Assembly (NCBI GenBank): GCA_030704615.1
Contig: CM060733.1
Coordinates: 34,100,001 to 34,164,000 of the forward strand
Length of the DNA stretch: 64,000 nt
Reading direction: 5' to 3'
Source of the DNA: Takakia lepidozioides
Lineage: Eukaryota > Plantae > Bryophyta
The notes under the pieces are model-generated. The model was not told the origin of the DNA and made no database searches. It saw only the letters and a program-made list of their open reading frames with translations. The translations under genes were made by a program, and so were the position numbers. Each line of letters opens with the position of its first letter. Positions within the stretch are counted from its first letter, which is position 1. This document shows positions 1 through 11,808 of this stretch, piece by piece.

Positions 1-271
1 CCTGTGGAACGAAGAAAGAAAGGTGAATGTTTATATCATATGCATGAAGAGCTTGTACTGAAAGAATTGGATTCCAAAGGATATTTTGTGGATCAAACTC
101 ACACCAAGAACAGCTTTTCAGACTTGTTTGCCATATGGTTATATGGTAACGGAGACTTCAAGTATAGCCAAGGGTGCATTGAAGCTTGAAAGAAACCCAG
201 GCATATACGAGAGATATTACAGAAGAGAGTTTTGGTTATTGCCACATTAAAAGAAATGAAAGACATGGGAC

Positions 272-2494
272 ATGAGTGATGAAAGAGAAGCTAGACGACA
301 GAGATATTCATCAAAAAGAGAAAGCTATCTGAAAGCTAATTATCCATATCTTTGGGAGAGAGGAATAGACATAGGGGAATCATCTGGACCTCTCACACCA
401 TCAAGATCAAAAAGTGCATCACCTATACCGGAAGAACTAGAGTTGGATGCCACTCCTTCTGTTTCTTTGCAAGAAAGATTAAGGGAATTGGTACAGGAAG
501 AAGATCAATCACGAGGTGAAAGATCTGAGGTACATCCTTGGATAAAAGACTTGACAGAAATCTTTGATAAGAGTTGGCATGGAACACCAAAAGCAGGAAC
601 TCCAGTTTCTGAAGCAGAAGATGAAGAAGGAGAGAGGATGTGGCAGAGCCAACGGAGAGTTCAGACTCTCCAACACCATTACAGTTGAGTTACATGAGTG
701 AAGAAGAAACCCAAGGGCAGAACTTGGAGGATGAAAACAGAGAGAAGAAATTGAAGAGGAAGAATATGAAGAAGTAGACCCAACAGCTGAGGTTGAGACT
801 ACAACCAGGACATCCCAACCCGTTGGACCTGGATCAAGTGGAGCACTTGGATCACAGGCCAACGAAGGTGTCGGCTCAGGGGGATCAGGCGGGCTGCCTG
901 GATCTGGCTCTGGGGGGACAGGGAGTGTGGGAAGTAGTGCAACTGAAGCTGGGAATACTGTGAATATCGTGGGGCCAGAAGCAGGGAGTGCTCAAGGGCC
1001 ACCACTTGGTGGAAGATCCACCACAAAACAACAGGTCCAGAAGGACCAGCACCAGCAAGGGTGCCAGCACCTGTCAGTGGGCAGAAGGTAGGGCCACAGA
1101 TGGCGTTACAACCAACACGGGCAAAACCACCCTTTCCAATATATTCAGGAAAAGGGGATCCCGATGTACACATTAGCCAATTTGAGCACATGTGTATAGT
1201 GAACAATGAGAATGGCGATGATGCCAAGATGAGACTGTTTCCTTGTTCACTTATCAAGAAAGCAAGTGAATGGTATGCAAGATTCCCTGATAATCATTTC
1301 CTAACCTGGAATGGCTTGAATACAGCATTTCGAAATAGGTTCAGGACAAGTAAAACTGAGGATGAAGTGTATGGAAGTTTACAACAGCTGAAGCAGAAGA
1401 AGCATGAAACTGTTGAAGAGTATATGGAGAAGATGGAATTGATGATGAAAAAGCTGGCTGCAGTACCAGCACCCGGTTTACAGAAGACTTGGTTTGTGAG
1501 TGGACTAAGACCAGAGTTGCAAAAAAAGTGGATATGTTACCCCATAATACAGTGGAGGAGGCATTTGAAACTGCAAACAGAATTGAGCAATTGGGAATGC
1601 TCAGGAGAGAGAAAAAGAAGATGAGGACTCTGAGATGAGTCAGATGAAGAAGAAGAGCAAGAACTAAAAAGAAAGAGTAGAGAAAGGAAAAGTTGAAGAG
1701 GGATAACTATGAGAAAAGATTGGAAGAAATCTTGAAGAAGTATGCCACAGAGGCTGCAACACATTGGAGGAAGGGTGTATGGTGTGCAAAGTGCCAGAAT
1801 GAAGGCCATACCACCACAGAATGCCACATGAAGGAGAAACACTGTACTATCTGTAAAATGGATAACCATTCTACTGAGAATTGTTACTACAACAGAAGGA
1901 CAGCTGCAAGAGAACCTAGGCAAGTAAGGGTGCATCAGGTGCAGCCCCAGCCAAGAAGAAACAATGATCAGGACCACTATGGTAGGTCTGGTGGTTATAA
2001 CAATGGCATGGAAGGGAGAGGTAATTCAGAGGGAATTACCAAGGAAATTCCAGAGGCAACTATCAGGGTAATCCAAGGGGGAATTACCAGCCCGGGAATC
2101 AGGATTATAGAAATAATCCAAGAACAGACCAAGGGCGAGGACCCAATGGTGAAGAGCTATGTTACTATTGTAATCAGCCAGGACATCGCAAGGCAGCCTG
2201 TTCATTCTGATAAGACACCAGAATGAGATGAGAGCTCCTGTGAATGAGGGCCCAGTGGTGGCAGCTCACATGGTTAGGCCATGTGTTGTACCAGAAGTAA
2301 GTACAATGATAGTAACAAGAAGTAAAGCCAAACTAATACCTCCAGTAGAAGAGGAAGAAGATGAGACTGGAAGTGGCAATGATATGCCTGAAGATGAAGA
2401 GACTTGGAAAGATGAGAAGGAACTGCACAAGGAAGTGGCAGATACTATAAGGGAAATGCAAAAGAGTACTATTTCCTGTGGCAGATTCCTCTGA
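272..2494 (+). pseudogene. gag: gag (frameshifted): retrotransposon gag domain plus three CCHC zinc knuckles
   Basis: ORF 1061..1624 (FPIYSGKGDPDVHISQF...LFPCSL...WY...TWNGL...QLKQKKHETVEEY). Knuckles CAKCQNEGHTTTEC and CTICKMDNHSTENC, plus CYYCNQPGHRKAAC in another frame at ~2160-2200. Confidence 0.88.
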
Positions 2495-2548
2495 TTCGGA
2501 TGGAGAAAAAGAGGGGAGTGAGGAAGAAAGGAAAAAGAAGATGCAGAC

Positions 2549-5500
2549 ATGCAAAGTAATGAAGAGACTTTGGCTGAAGTAATATGTCAGACCAAAGCAG
2601 AAATTACCATTGGACAGCTATTAGCTGTGGCACCTTATTGTAGGCACAGGCTGTATCAGGCAATCAATCGAATTGCCCAAGAGACAGGAAACACAGACCT
2701 GAACAGCAAGGTGACCAGTTATAATGTGAAGCCGGAAGGGCGAGAACCAGTCATGGACTTTGATGATTCTATGCCAGTAATCCAATTGAGAATTGGAAGC
2801 ACAGAACTAACTGATGTACTGATAGATGGTGGTTCTGGAGTAAATATCATGACAGACCAATTAAGGAAGAAGCTTGGTCTAAGTAACATGAAACCAGCCC
2901 CATTTACAGTAACAATGGCAGATCAAAGAAGTGTACAGCCATTTGGGATTAATAAGAGGAGTTAAGATACAGATACAGAAAATGATCTTTATGATCACAG
3001 TAACTGTATTAAAAATGGATGAAGTCATGGAGGCTTACTCCTTATTATTGGGACGTCCGTGGCTGAAACAGGCCAGGGTATTCCATGACTGGAATTCTCA
3101 GTTACTAACTGTGCATAATGGGATGCACGAGATACAAATTACCACAAAGAAATCTAGTAGATTACCTGCTACAAGAAGACCTCGAGGAGTCAGAGAGTAT
3201 GACTGGAGGGGAGGACTGGATGAGGAGCAGGAAGCTACCCTATTTGCTGCACACCCAGAGTGGGAGCAGGTTGCAGAGATGCGGCTGGAAAGCCTAAGTT
3301 GTTTGAGAGGTATCTGCTGTGGTGTAGTGACAGCAACACCAATTGAAGAGGAAACCAGCAGTTACCCATCACATTTCTATGAAGAAAAGAAGGAGAAATA
3401 GAAATCCTAGAAGAACCAGCCACTGTGAGCTTACAGGATGAAGTGGTGACTGGTTGGACAATCACAGCTGATGAGCAGGTGAGAGAAGTAAATGTGGGAA
3501 CTCAGGAGGAACCGAGGATGGTGAAAGTAGGAGCTGATTTGGAGCCGGAATTCTTCGAAGAAGCTAAAAGCTTGTTCATCAAATACAGAGATGTATTTGC
3601 TTGGAGCTATGAGGATCTAAAAGGGATACCACCTGAAGTCTGTCAGCATAAAATTGAACTGGAACCAGGGTCAGTACCAATCAAGCAGGCGAGGTATAGA
3701 ATGAATCCCAACTACGCACAGAAGGTTGGAGAAGAGATAAAGAAGTTGGCTGAGGCTAAGTTTATATACCCAATAGAGTATACAACTTGGTTGTCACCAT
3801 TGTTATAGTTCCCAAGAAGAATGGCAAACTAAGAGTATGTGTGAACTATAAGAAGCTGAATGCTTGTACGAAGAAAGATCCTTTCCCTTTGCCATTCACA
3901 GAAGCAGTATTAGACACTGTGGCAGGCCATGAGATGTACTCATTCATGGATGGCTTCAGTGGTTATAATCAAGTGCAAGTGGCAGAAGAAGACCAAGGGA
4001 AAACAGCTTTCATCACAGACTGGGGGGCTTATGCATACAAAGTCATGCCCTTTGGACTTTGTAATGCACCAGCGACCTTTCAGAGAGTGATAAGTGAATC
4101 TTTTCATGAGTATCTGGATGATTTCATGCAGGTGTTTTTGGATGATTTCAGTGTGTACAGCTCTAAGAATGAGCACTTGCATAAATTGGAGTTATGCCTG
4201 GCCAGATGCAGGATGAGAGGTCTGGGCTTGAATCCAGAGAAGTGTACTTTCTGTGTGAACTCAGGGGTGCTTCTGGGACACATTGTGTGTAAGAAGGGAC
4301 TCCTTGTGGATCCCAGGAAGACAGAGTCCATTAAAGCCTCTCCACCACCAGTGAATGTTAAGAGTTTAAGGAGATTCCTTGGGCAAACCAGTTATTACAG
4401 AAGATTTGTCAAAAGGTATGCACAAATAGCAGCACCATTGAGCAAGCTTCTGAAGAAAGATGCAGTGTTTGCATGGACAGCTGAATGTCAACAGGCGTTT
4501 GAGGAACTTACACTGTCAGTAACAACTACACCTGTGCTGATTAACCCTCACTGGCATGTAGTATTTCATGTTCACTGCGATGCATCAGGAGAAGCGTTGG
4601 GAGCGGTGTTAGCCCAGAATGTTACAGGGAATATAGATTCACCTGTGTATGCTAGCCGGTTGATGAACAGTGCTGAGAGGAACTATAGCACAACGGAAAG
4701 AGAAGCATTGGCAATGATCTATGCAGTGAAGAAATTCAGGCATTACCTATTGGGAAGAAAGTTTATGTTTTATGTGGATCACCAGGCTCTGATATATCTG
4801 GTGAACAAACCTTTGATAAGTGGAAGGATAGCGAGGTGGTTAATAATCTTGCATGAGTTTGAGTTCGAGGTTATTTACAAGCCTGGCCGTTTGCATCTTG
4901 TGGCAGATCATTTGTCACGACTAACAACAGGAGAGGCCGCCACAGGAGTGGACGATCAGTTACCTGATGCGAGTTTATTTGTAATGGAGGTGCAAGGAAG
5001 TGCAGATGAATGGTTAGATTGGCAGTGGCCAATCAGATACTACCTTGCTCATGGTCAGTGCCCACCTAGTTATGGTAAGGAGCAGAGGAAGAGAATCGCT
5101 ATCAAAGCTTTACCTTATACTATGGTAGGAAGCAGAATGTATAAGTTAGGACCTGATGGAGTACTAAAACGATGCTTGTACCACCATGAAGTAAATAAAG
5201 TCTTGGGAAGTTCATAAAGGAGTGGCTGGAGGTCATTTTGGAGAAGAGACTACCAGTAGAAAGATACTACTCGCAGGATACTGGTGGCCTACTTTGTTCA
5301 AAGATGTACATGAGTATTGTCAGAAGTGTGATGAATGTCAGGCTAGGAGGACCTTTGCAGAGATCTGGAAGAATGGCCTTGCATCCTACAATGCCTACGG
5401 AACCATTTCAGAAATGGGGACTAGACTTTGTTGGACCAATTAATCCACCATCCAAGAATACACGAAACAGGTACATAATTACAGCCACTGATTATACTAC

Positions 5501-6633
5501 AAAGTGGGTGGAAGCTAAAGCTTTGAGGGACAACACAGCCAAGTCCACAGCAAGGTTCCTGTACGAGAACATACTTACACGATTTGGATGTCCCTTAGAA
5601 TTTATCAGTGATCAAGGAAGTCACTTCATGAATGAGACCATTGAGTTATTGACTAAAGAGTTTATGATTGTGCATAGAAAGAGTACAACATATTACCCAC
5701 AGGGTAATGGACAGCAGAGGCTACCAACAAAATACTATGTACTATCTTGGCTAAGATAGTCAATGCAAACAGAACGGATTGGGATACAAAGCTGCTGACA
5801 GCTTTGTGGTCATACAGGACTTCATATAAAGTCACCACAAAGTATACACCATTCCAATTAGTTTATGGTATGGAAGCCTTACTTCCAGTGGATTCCTGTT
5901 ACCTACCATGAGAACGGAGTGGGGAAAAAGAATGGAATTGCAAGACTCCATCAAGGTCAGGAAACATGAATTATACCATGTGGAAGAAGTACGTGCTGAT
6001 GCAGCTGATAATATGACCAGAATTCAGATGAAGCGAAAGGAACAGTTTGATGAAGGCAAGTTAAAGACTTTTAAGACGGGGGATTTGGTTCTATGGTTGC
6101 AGAAGAAAGGAAAGATTCAAGCTTCTAAGCTTAAATCACCATGGAAAGGACCTTATGTCATACAAAAGATGTATGATAACAACACAGCCATGTTACAAAC
6201 CATTAACAAAGAAATGCTGGGAAGAGTCAATGCAAATAAGTTGAAGGGGTACAGTGGTATCCATGACAAACCCCTGCAGCATGATTTGCATGTTGAACCG
6301 CAAGAGCAGTCACGGGCTGCACCAGTGTTACGAACGGAGTATGGAACACTTGTCGCTAGGCCCAGTATATATGACCGGGGTGGGCAAAACAAACGTGACA
6401 CAGCCTATCACAGCCCATCAAGGCGGCGCACACAGCCTCCACAGCCCATCACGACGTGCACACAGCCATCCACACCCCAGCAAGCGCAACACAGCCTATC
6501 ACAACCTACCGCAGCGTGTCACAGCCTATCACAGCTTACCACAGTGTGCAACACAGCCTATCACAGCGTAACACAGTATGACACAGCCTGTCACACAGCT
6601 CAACACAGCCTACTAAAGTTACACGATCCATAG
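2549..6633 (+). pseudogene. pol: pol (frameshifted): aspartic protease, RT, RNase H, integrase
   Basis: PR: LIDGGSGVNIM and LLGRPWL. RT: LRVCVNYKKLN, MPFGLCNAPATFQR, FLDD. RH: CDAS and DHQAL. IN: GHFG...CDEC zinc motif, WGLDFVGP, SDQGSHF, PQGNG, WKGPY. Split across ORFs 2549, 2931, 3425, 3787, 5222, 5238 and 5908. Confidence 0.93.
6390..6630 (+). repeat. CACAGC-rich short tandem repeat tract after integrase
   Basis: Repeated acacagcc/cacagcctatcac units. Confidence 0.8.
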
Positions 6634-7302
6634 AATCAGTGACAAGTGGACACATAAAAACTTCAGGAAAATGGCTGAAGGAAGAAGAAACGGAAATTAA
6701 TTTAAAAATAGACACGTGGAGGTCAGGGTGCGACACACAGCAGAGAATGAAGTGCAAGGACAGGTGTCAAAAAGAAAGAGGACAAGAACGGCCGTCAAAA
6801 GGGATGAAAGGCGGGCCCATTAATGAATACGGAAAAAGGGAAACAGAACGAACGGCAAGTACAGAAAAACTGAATTCATGTCGCATGTGTGATCCTAGTG
6901 GACTATCCAACAGGGAAAGTCCACTAAAGAAGATAAAAGTTAAAATCCAGTCACAGCGGATACAGCCAATAGAAAACCAGAGAAATGATCAAGAAAATGG
7001 AGGGAAATTAAGCGCAAGAGGCGGCGTCGTTCTGAGTAACGGGCGTCTCGACAGGACAGGCCATAAATGCTATAACTTGGAAACTATGGAGGAACTAACA
7101 GACTATACGCTCGCAATATTACTTACGCAATGGCAGAGACACGAAACGAAAAGAGCAGAGCTTTTCTCTTGAACAATGCTTGCAAGCCCCGCAGGCTTAC
7201 AAGAGATTACCCATAGCTTTCTGCGGCAACCATACGTTTCTGCTTTGTGCACTACAGGCATTCCTGCAGTTGTTACAGCCAAAGCAGTTCTGTGAGTCTA
7301 AG

Positions 7303-10300
7303 ATGAAGAGAGTGAGAGGAATGGAGGAAATCAGGGTGAAGAGCACCACAATTCTGCAGAAACAAACGATGGCTACCCCACAGGCGATAAAGATACTGAA
7401 GGAGCTGAGATTGGAAGGATTGCAAAGCATGGATTGGACACTACACCATAGACAGTACATGTTACAATTTTTGCAGAACTTTGAGCCAAAGACAGGAACA
7501 ACAACGGTGAAGGGAGTTGAATTAATGATTACTCCCCTATACCTCCAGCAATTGTTTCGATTGCCAGCAGGTCATGTGTATGTGGAGGAACACAGGGAAA
7601 GACTGCAAATAGGGGATTTATTCCAAGAAGGGAGTTTCTTTAAAACTCAGGGTTATGCTTGTACCAAAGCTGTGTACCCAGGGTTAAAAGACATAGGCCA
7701 AGTATTGAACGTTCTGATTGCCCTGAAACAGAACCAACAATATTTGAGCAGATCCTTCACAGAGGAAATCCTCAAAGGCTTGAAGGGACAAGAGGTACCA
7801 TGGGCGGACATAATGTACAACGCACTGGTAGAGGAGATGAAAAGATTACAAGGTACTACCGCAAAATCTCCTATCATAGTGTCTGGCCCAATCATTGCTC
7901 AAATAATCCTTAGTTCTGGCATACTTAATGCACAAGAAAGGAAGGAAATGGGAGTGTTTGAGCCAGAAACAACTGCAATGGAAGAGCAAGGCTCTTCACA
8001 CAGTGAGGGTGGACTAGCAGCACAACCCGAGACTAAGAGGCAGAGAAGGGGAAAGACTGTAGTGGCGGATCCACTGGCTTCACGGATTCCGCATGATAAT
8101 GTTTCCCAAGCTCATGACCAGGAAGGGGCACAGCAGCACAAAAGAATGTTATTACTGGAAGCAGGACCTTCAGAGAGGGAGGAAGAAGTTACTTCTGCAT
8201 CACAACCAACACAGCCACTTGAACGACTTGTCACAAGGTCACAAGTTATCCATGCAGCTCAACCCGAAATAATTGATTTGGAAAGTGAAGGGATAGATAT
8301 TCCAACTACAGAACAGATAGTGGCAGAAATAGAGAAAGGGGACCTTCTCTATGAATATTCTGGTCTGGTCAAGCAGACAGAAATCCCAGAGGTGCAACAG
8401 TTGCCCAAGAGAAATCCTGAGGTACATATAATGCACACACCTGTGTCGGAGGTACCACAGGCGGAAGGCCATGACACTGTAGCACCGGTCATAAATGAAG
8501 TAGTTCAGGAAGAAAATCCGGTGGGACAATGGTCTGAATGGTTAGTGAGACATCATACTGTTGAAGATCAGGAGGAACAGCAGCAACCTCACCATGATGA
8601 CCCTCAACAGGCAATGCTGATGAGTTCCATAGGCAGGACACTTAATTTGTTGGGGACTTATGTCAAAACCCATGTTCCAATTACCCAATTGACAGCCTTG
8701 AAAGAAGAACTCAGGAAGGAGTTTGAGGCTCGACTTGCCACTGAGTGTGCAAACAAGGTCGATGAAGAGGTCACTCTCAAGATGAAGCAGGACTTGGCCA
8801 ATACAGAAATGGCTTTGCAATTGGCCAAGCAACAATTGATTGAGGCAGGCCTCGCGCAAGACCAGTTGCACGAAGCACATAAGCAACAGCTATACCAAAT
8901 GCAGGTGCAGCATGAAAGCAAGTTGCAAGAACTGAATGCACTACATACGGAGTTGCAGACAGTGCATAACAGGATGGCGATACAATGCGCTACATTTACA
9001 ACTATGCTTGACCAATCAACAAAAGAAATAAACAGTCAAGCGGAAAAATGTACGAAGGCAGAAGAAGAGAATGTGGAGCACATGAAGCTCATTGTCGATA
9101 TGAAGAATACAATCTGTCGCAATGAAGATACTTTCAAGCAATACAGGCAGATGGAAGCTGAGAATGAGAAATACATCGTGGAGTTGCAACAAACCATCGT
9201 GGCCAATAGAAATGAAATCGCGGTCAGTAACAAGGCTTCGAAAGAAGCCAATAATCTACTTGCTGCCTATGCGCAATTGGTTGAGCCACAGGCGAAGCGC
9301 ATGAAGGCTTTACAACAGCAGTTGGAATTGTATAAGCTAAGAGAGGAGCAAACTCTCAGGGGAACCACAAGCAGCTTGGTGGATAACAGCCTTATGCAGG
9401 TCTGGTTAGCACAAGGGCCAGTAGAAGGCAAAGCCCCACGGAAGCTCACCCAAAGCGAGATGAATGAGCTCAGACTGCAGGTGCAGAACATTGCCACAAC
9501 TACTATAGACAATGTCTATAGTAGGATAGCAGAGTTACAAGAGGATGTAGACGGACTCCAGACTCAAGTGGAAGACCTCACTTCAAACATCGACCAAAGA
9601 GTCTATATCCCTCAGGAACAGCTAATGGCTTCTTATTTGCAAGCCAGAACTCTGGCTTTTCAGTCTTCACAGGAGGTGCAGGAGATGCCAATGGTACAGG
9701 AACCAGTACCACCACCACCACAACAGGTCAGTGTACCAGTAGCTGAACCTGTGGTTACTACAACCACACCACAGCCACCACAGCCGGAGGTATGGGGCAA
9801 TGCAGCTTTTAACCCACCTAAAACTCCAGCTGCCAGGGAGTACAGTAGGGCTATGATTATGCCCTTCAACCAAATTCCCATCATGTTGGATTTGGCTTGG
9901 AAAGAATTTAGTCCTCCGCAGTCATTCGCACATTACTACCAAATCATGCGTATTTGGCTGCCAGTGGCAACCAGGACTAAAGTTCTTCCAAACAATCGAC
10001 ATATTGAAGATCATCACTTTGCACAATACTGGCACGAGGCAGGTACCATGTTGAGGGAATTGGTTGCTTTCCAGGTTGTACATGGACTCATTTATACCAA
10101 GACCAAGGAGATAGCAAGTATTGTCATGGGGTGCGGGCTATACTACGCTGCTTGTTTTCTGATACGTTACCACATAGAGCAACAAAAGATGCAAGCACGC
10201 TTTCAAAGTTACTCCAGTGGAGATCATTGGGTATTACCTTCGGTGCCACCTCATATGTACCTATATGACCCAAAAGTTATGATACAGAAGGATTCTCAAA

Positions 10301-10854
10301 TTCGTTCATGGTTTCAAGCAGCCTGCAACAATTTGTCAACACAGAAATTCGGACTTGATGACATTTTCTATAAGGGACATATCGCATGGAAATACTTGCA
10401 CGCTGCACCAGTAATTGGTACCCCACTCATCTGGACAGACAAGGAGCTCAGTGTCTACACCAATTTTGCTGTTCAACGGTTACACCAGGTTGTAAAATGC
10501 AAACTTCCAGACATGGTAGGACAGCATTGTATGCCCCAGATGATTCCACAAAAAGTTCGAAAATTAAAACACCTGAGAGGCGATGAGGATTCTGATACAA
10601 CTGTTTCTTCACAAAATTCTTTTGACATGGGAGAAGACTATGCAATTCAGATGGAAGAGAAGAAACAAAGGGGATCTCCTATGCCGGAAAGATTACCTCG
10701 ATATCAGCCTCCAGAAGGCCTCACTTATCCAGGTAGTGATCAACCATCTCCATCAACCAGAGACAGACCTCGGGCTCGTACACACAGCCCACCACGAAAC
10801 TCTCAACGTCAACAAGGTGCTCACTCACAAAGGTTTGCTACTCGGAAACAGTAA
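7303..10854 (+). CDS. Retrotransposon extra ORF (~1180 aa): plant transposon-protein-like N-terminus, central coiled coil, unknown C-terminal domain
   Basis: Uninterrupted 3.6-kb ORF between IN and PPT (ORF track starts at 7180; first ATG 7303). The N-terminal LQFLQNF..TTTVKGVELMITPLYLQQLFRLP resembles Athila-type extra-ORF domains. Long heptad-like E/Q/K/L region at ~8690-9600. Confidence 0.85.
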   Translation: MKRVRGMEEIRVKSTTILQKQTMATPQAIKILKELRLEGLQSMDWTLHHRQYMLQFLQNFEPKTGTTTVKGVELMITPLYLQQLFRLPAGHVYVEEHRERLQIGDLFQEGSFFKTQGYACTKAVYPGLKDIGQVLNVLIALKQNQQYLSRSFTEEILKGLKGQEVPWADIMYNALVEEMKRLQGTTAKSPIIVSGPIIAQIILSSGILNAQERKEMGVFEPETTAMEEQGSSHSEGGLAAQPETKRQRRGKTVVADPLASRIPHDNVSQAHDQEGAQQHKRMLLLEAGPSEREEEVTSASQPTQPLERLVTRSQVIHAAQPEIIDLESEGIDIPTTEQIVAEIEKGDLLYEYSGLVKQTEIPEVQQLPKRNPEVHIMHTPVSEVPQAEGHDTVAPVINEVVQEENPVGQWSEWLVRHHTVEDQEEQQQPHHDDPQQAMLMSSIGRTLNLLGTYVKTHVPITQLTALKEELRKEFEARLATECANKVDEEVTLKMKQDLANTEMALQLAKQQLIEAGLAQDQLHEAHKQQLYQMQVQHESKLQELNALHTELQTVHNRMAIQCATFTTMLDQSTKEINSQAEKCTKAEEENVEHMKLIVDMKNTICRNEDTFKQYRQMEAENEKYIVELQQTIVANRNEIAVSNKASKEANNLLAAYAQLVEPQAKRMKALQQQLELYKLREEQTLRGTTSSLVDNSLMQVWLAQGPVEGKAPRKLTQSEMNELRLQVQNIATTTIDNVYSRIAELQEDVDGLQTQVEDLTSNIDQRVYIPQEQLMASYLQARTLAFQSSQEVQEMPMVQEPVPPPPQQVSVPVAEPVVTTTTPQPPQPEVWGNAAFNPPKTPAAREYSRAMIMPFNQIPIMLDLAWKEFSPPQSFAHYYQIMRIWLPVATRTKVLPNNRHIEDHHFAQYWHEAGTMLRELVAFQVVHGLIYTKTKEIASIVMGCGLYYAACFLIRYHIEQQKMQARFQSYSSGDHWVLPSVPPHMYLYDPKVMIQKDSQIRSWFQAACNNLSTQKFGLDDIFYKGHIAWKYLHAAPVIGTPLIWTDKELSVYTNFAVQRLHQVVKCKLPDMVGQHCMPQMIPQKVRKLKHLRGDEDSDTTVSSQNSFDMGEDYAIQMEEKKQRGSPMPERLPRYQPPEGLTYPGSDQPSPSTRDRPRARTHSPPRNSQRQQGAHSQRFATRKQ

Positions 10855-10875
10855 ACCGTGAGGACACGGCTTTTT

Positions 10876-10889
10876 GAGGGGGGAAGGGG
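10876..10889 (+). promoter_or_regulatory. Polypurine tract
   Basis: GAGGGGGGAAGGGG, 3 nt before TGTTAG. Confidence 0.85.
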
Positions 10890-10892
10890 TAA

Positions 10893-11802
10893 TGTTAGAG
10901 GACTGTAGGGGACTTAGACACTTATACGGGATCTGTAGGGTACCCTTAATTTTTGCACAGACTGAGACAAACAGGAACCTTAGGGGTGACAGCAGCGCAC
11001 TGTAGAGGGGGGTTACATAGCCCACACAGCCGTCACAGACGACACAGCAGTCACAGCCCACACCTCTCAACACAGCCCGACACAGCAGCCCACAGCACAT
11101 CCCACACAGCCAACACACCCCCCACACAGCCCCACCCCATCGCACGCCACAACACAGCCCTCACAGTCGTCACAGACACACAGCCCACACAGCCATTCAC
11201 AGCCTCGCAACCACCCAGCCACACACCCCCACAGCCACACAGCCCCACCCACAGCCACACAGCCAGCACAGTCACACAGCCCACACACCAACACACAGCC
11301 AGTCACCGCTTGACACAGCTGTCACGATAATAGGGAACGAAGAGTAGGACAGGGAACGACTGTGGGGAACAACACCAGTGAAGGAACATGTTAGTTCACA
11401 TACGACGGTTAGAGAGGGAAACGGTTAGAACCGCGGATAGGAGGATAAAGGGAGAACGGGGAATGATGAGGGGATCATTATTCGGGGAGGACTTCGGAGA
11501 CAGGCGGGAGCGGAGATCGAGAGCACGATGAAGGAGAAAAGAGGATTAGTAGATGCTTGTTATATGCAAAGCTGTAGTGATATTGGAGAGAGAATAGAGA
11601 CATAATGGCTTCGGCCTGATACCTGATAAATCATAATCTGATACTTATACGATACAATCACACTGTGTAGAGAGATCTGAGTGAAGCTGTGGATTGAATG
11701 GAGGAGTTAAGGAAACCGATAAATTGATGAAGCAAACTGATACTTAATTATCAATGGTAAGGTAGCTAAGATGAATGCCGAAAAGGAAACAAATAGGAAA
11801 CA
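10893..11802 (+). repeat. 3' LTR (~910 bp), contains a CACAGC tract at ~11015-11330
   Basis: Starts TGTT right after the PPT; ends AACA at 11802 (4-bp inverted termini). Right end inferred, since no second LTR is in the window. Confidence 0.7.
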
Positions 11803-11808
11803 CCCCCA

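Larger units (their letters stand above)
1..11802 (+). mobile_element. Ty3/Gypsy LTR retrotransposon (non-chromovirus, Athila/OTA-like) with extra 3' ORF; 5' LTR lies outside the window
   Basis: Domain order gag-PR-RT-RH-IN, then a long extra ORF, a polypurine tract and a TG-starting LTR. RT motif MDGFSGYNQ and RH motif ERNYSTTEREALA resemble the Athila/Tat/Phygy group; no chromodomain seen. Confidence 0.92.

Noticed and set aside
7303-10854. Retroviral env gene
   Set aside because: No signal peptide, TM segment or fusion motif is visible.
10825-11330. Cys/Gly/Val-rich or His/Thr-rich ORFs
   Set aside because: Translations of the CACAGC repeat within the LTR.
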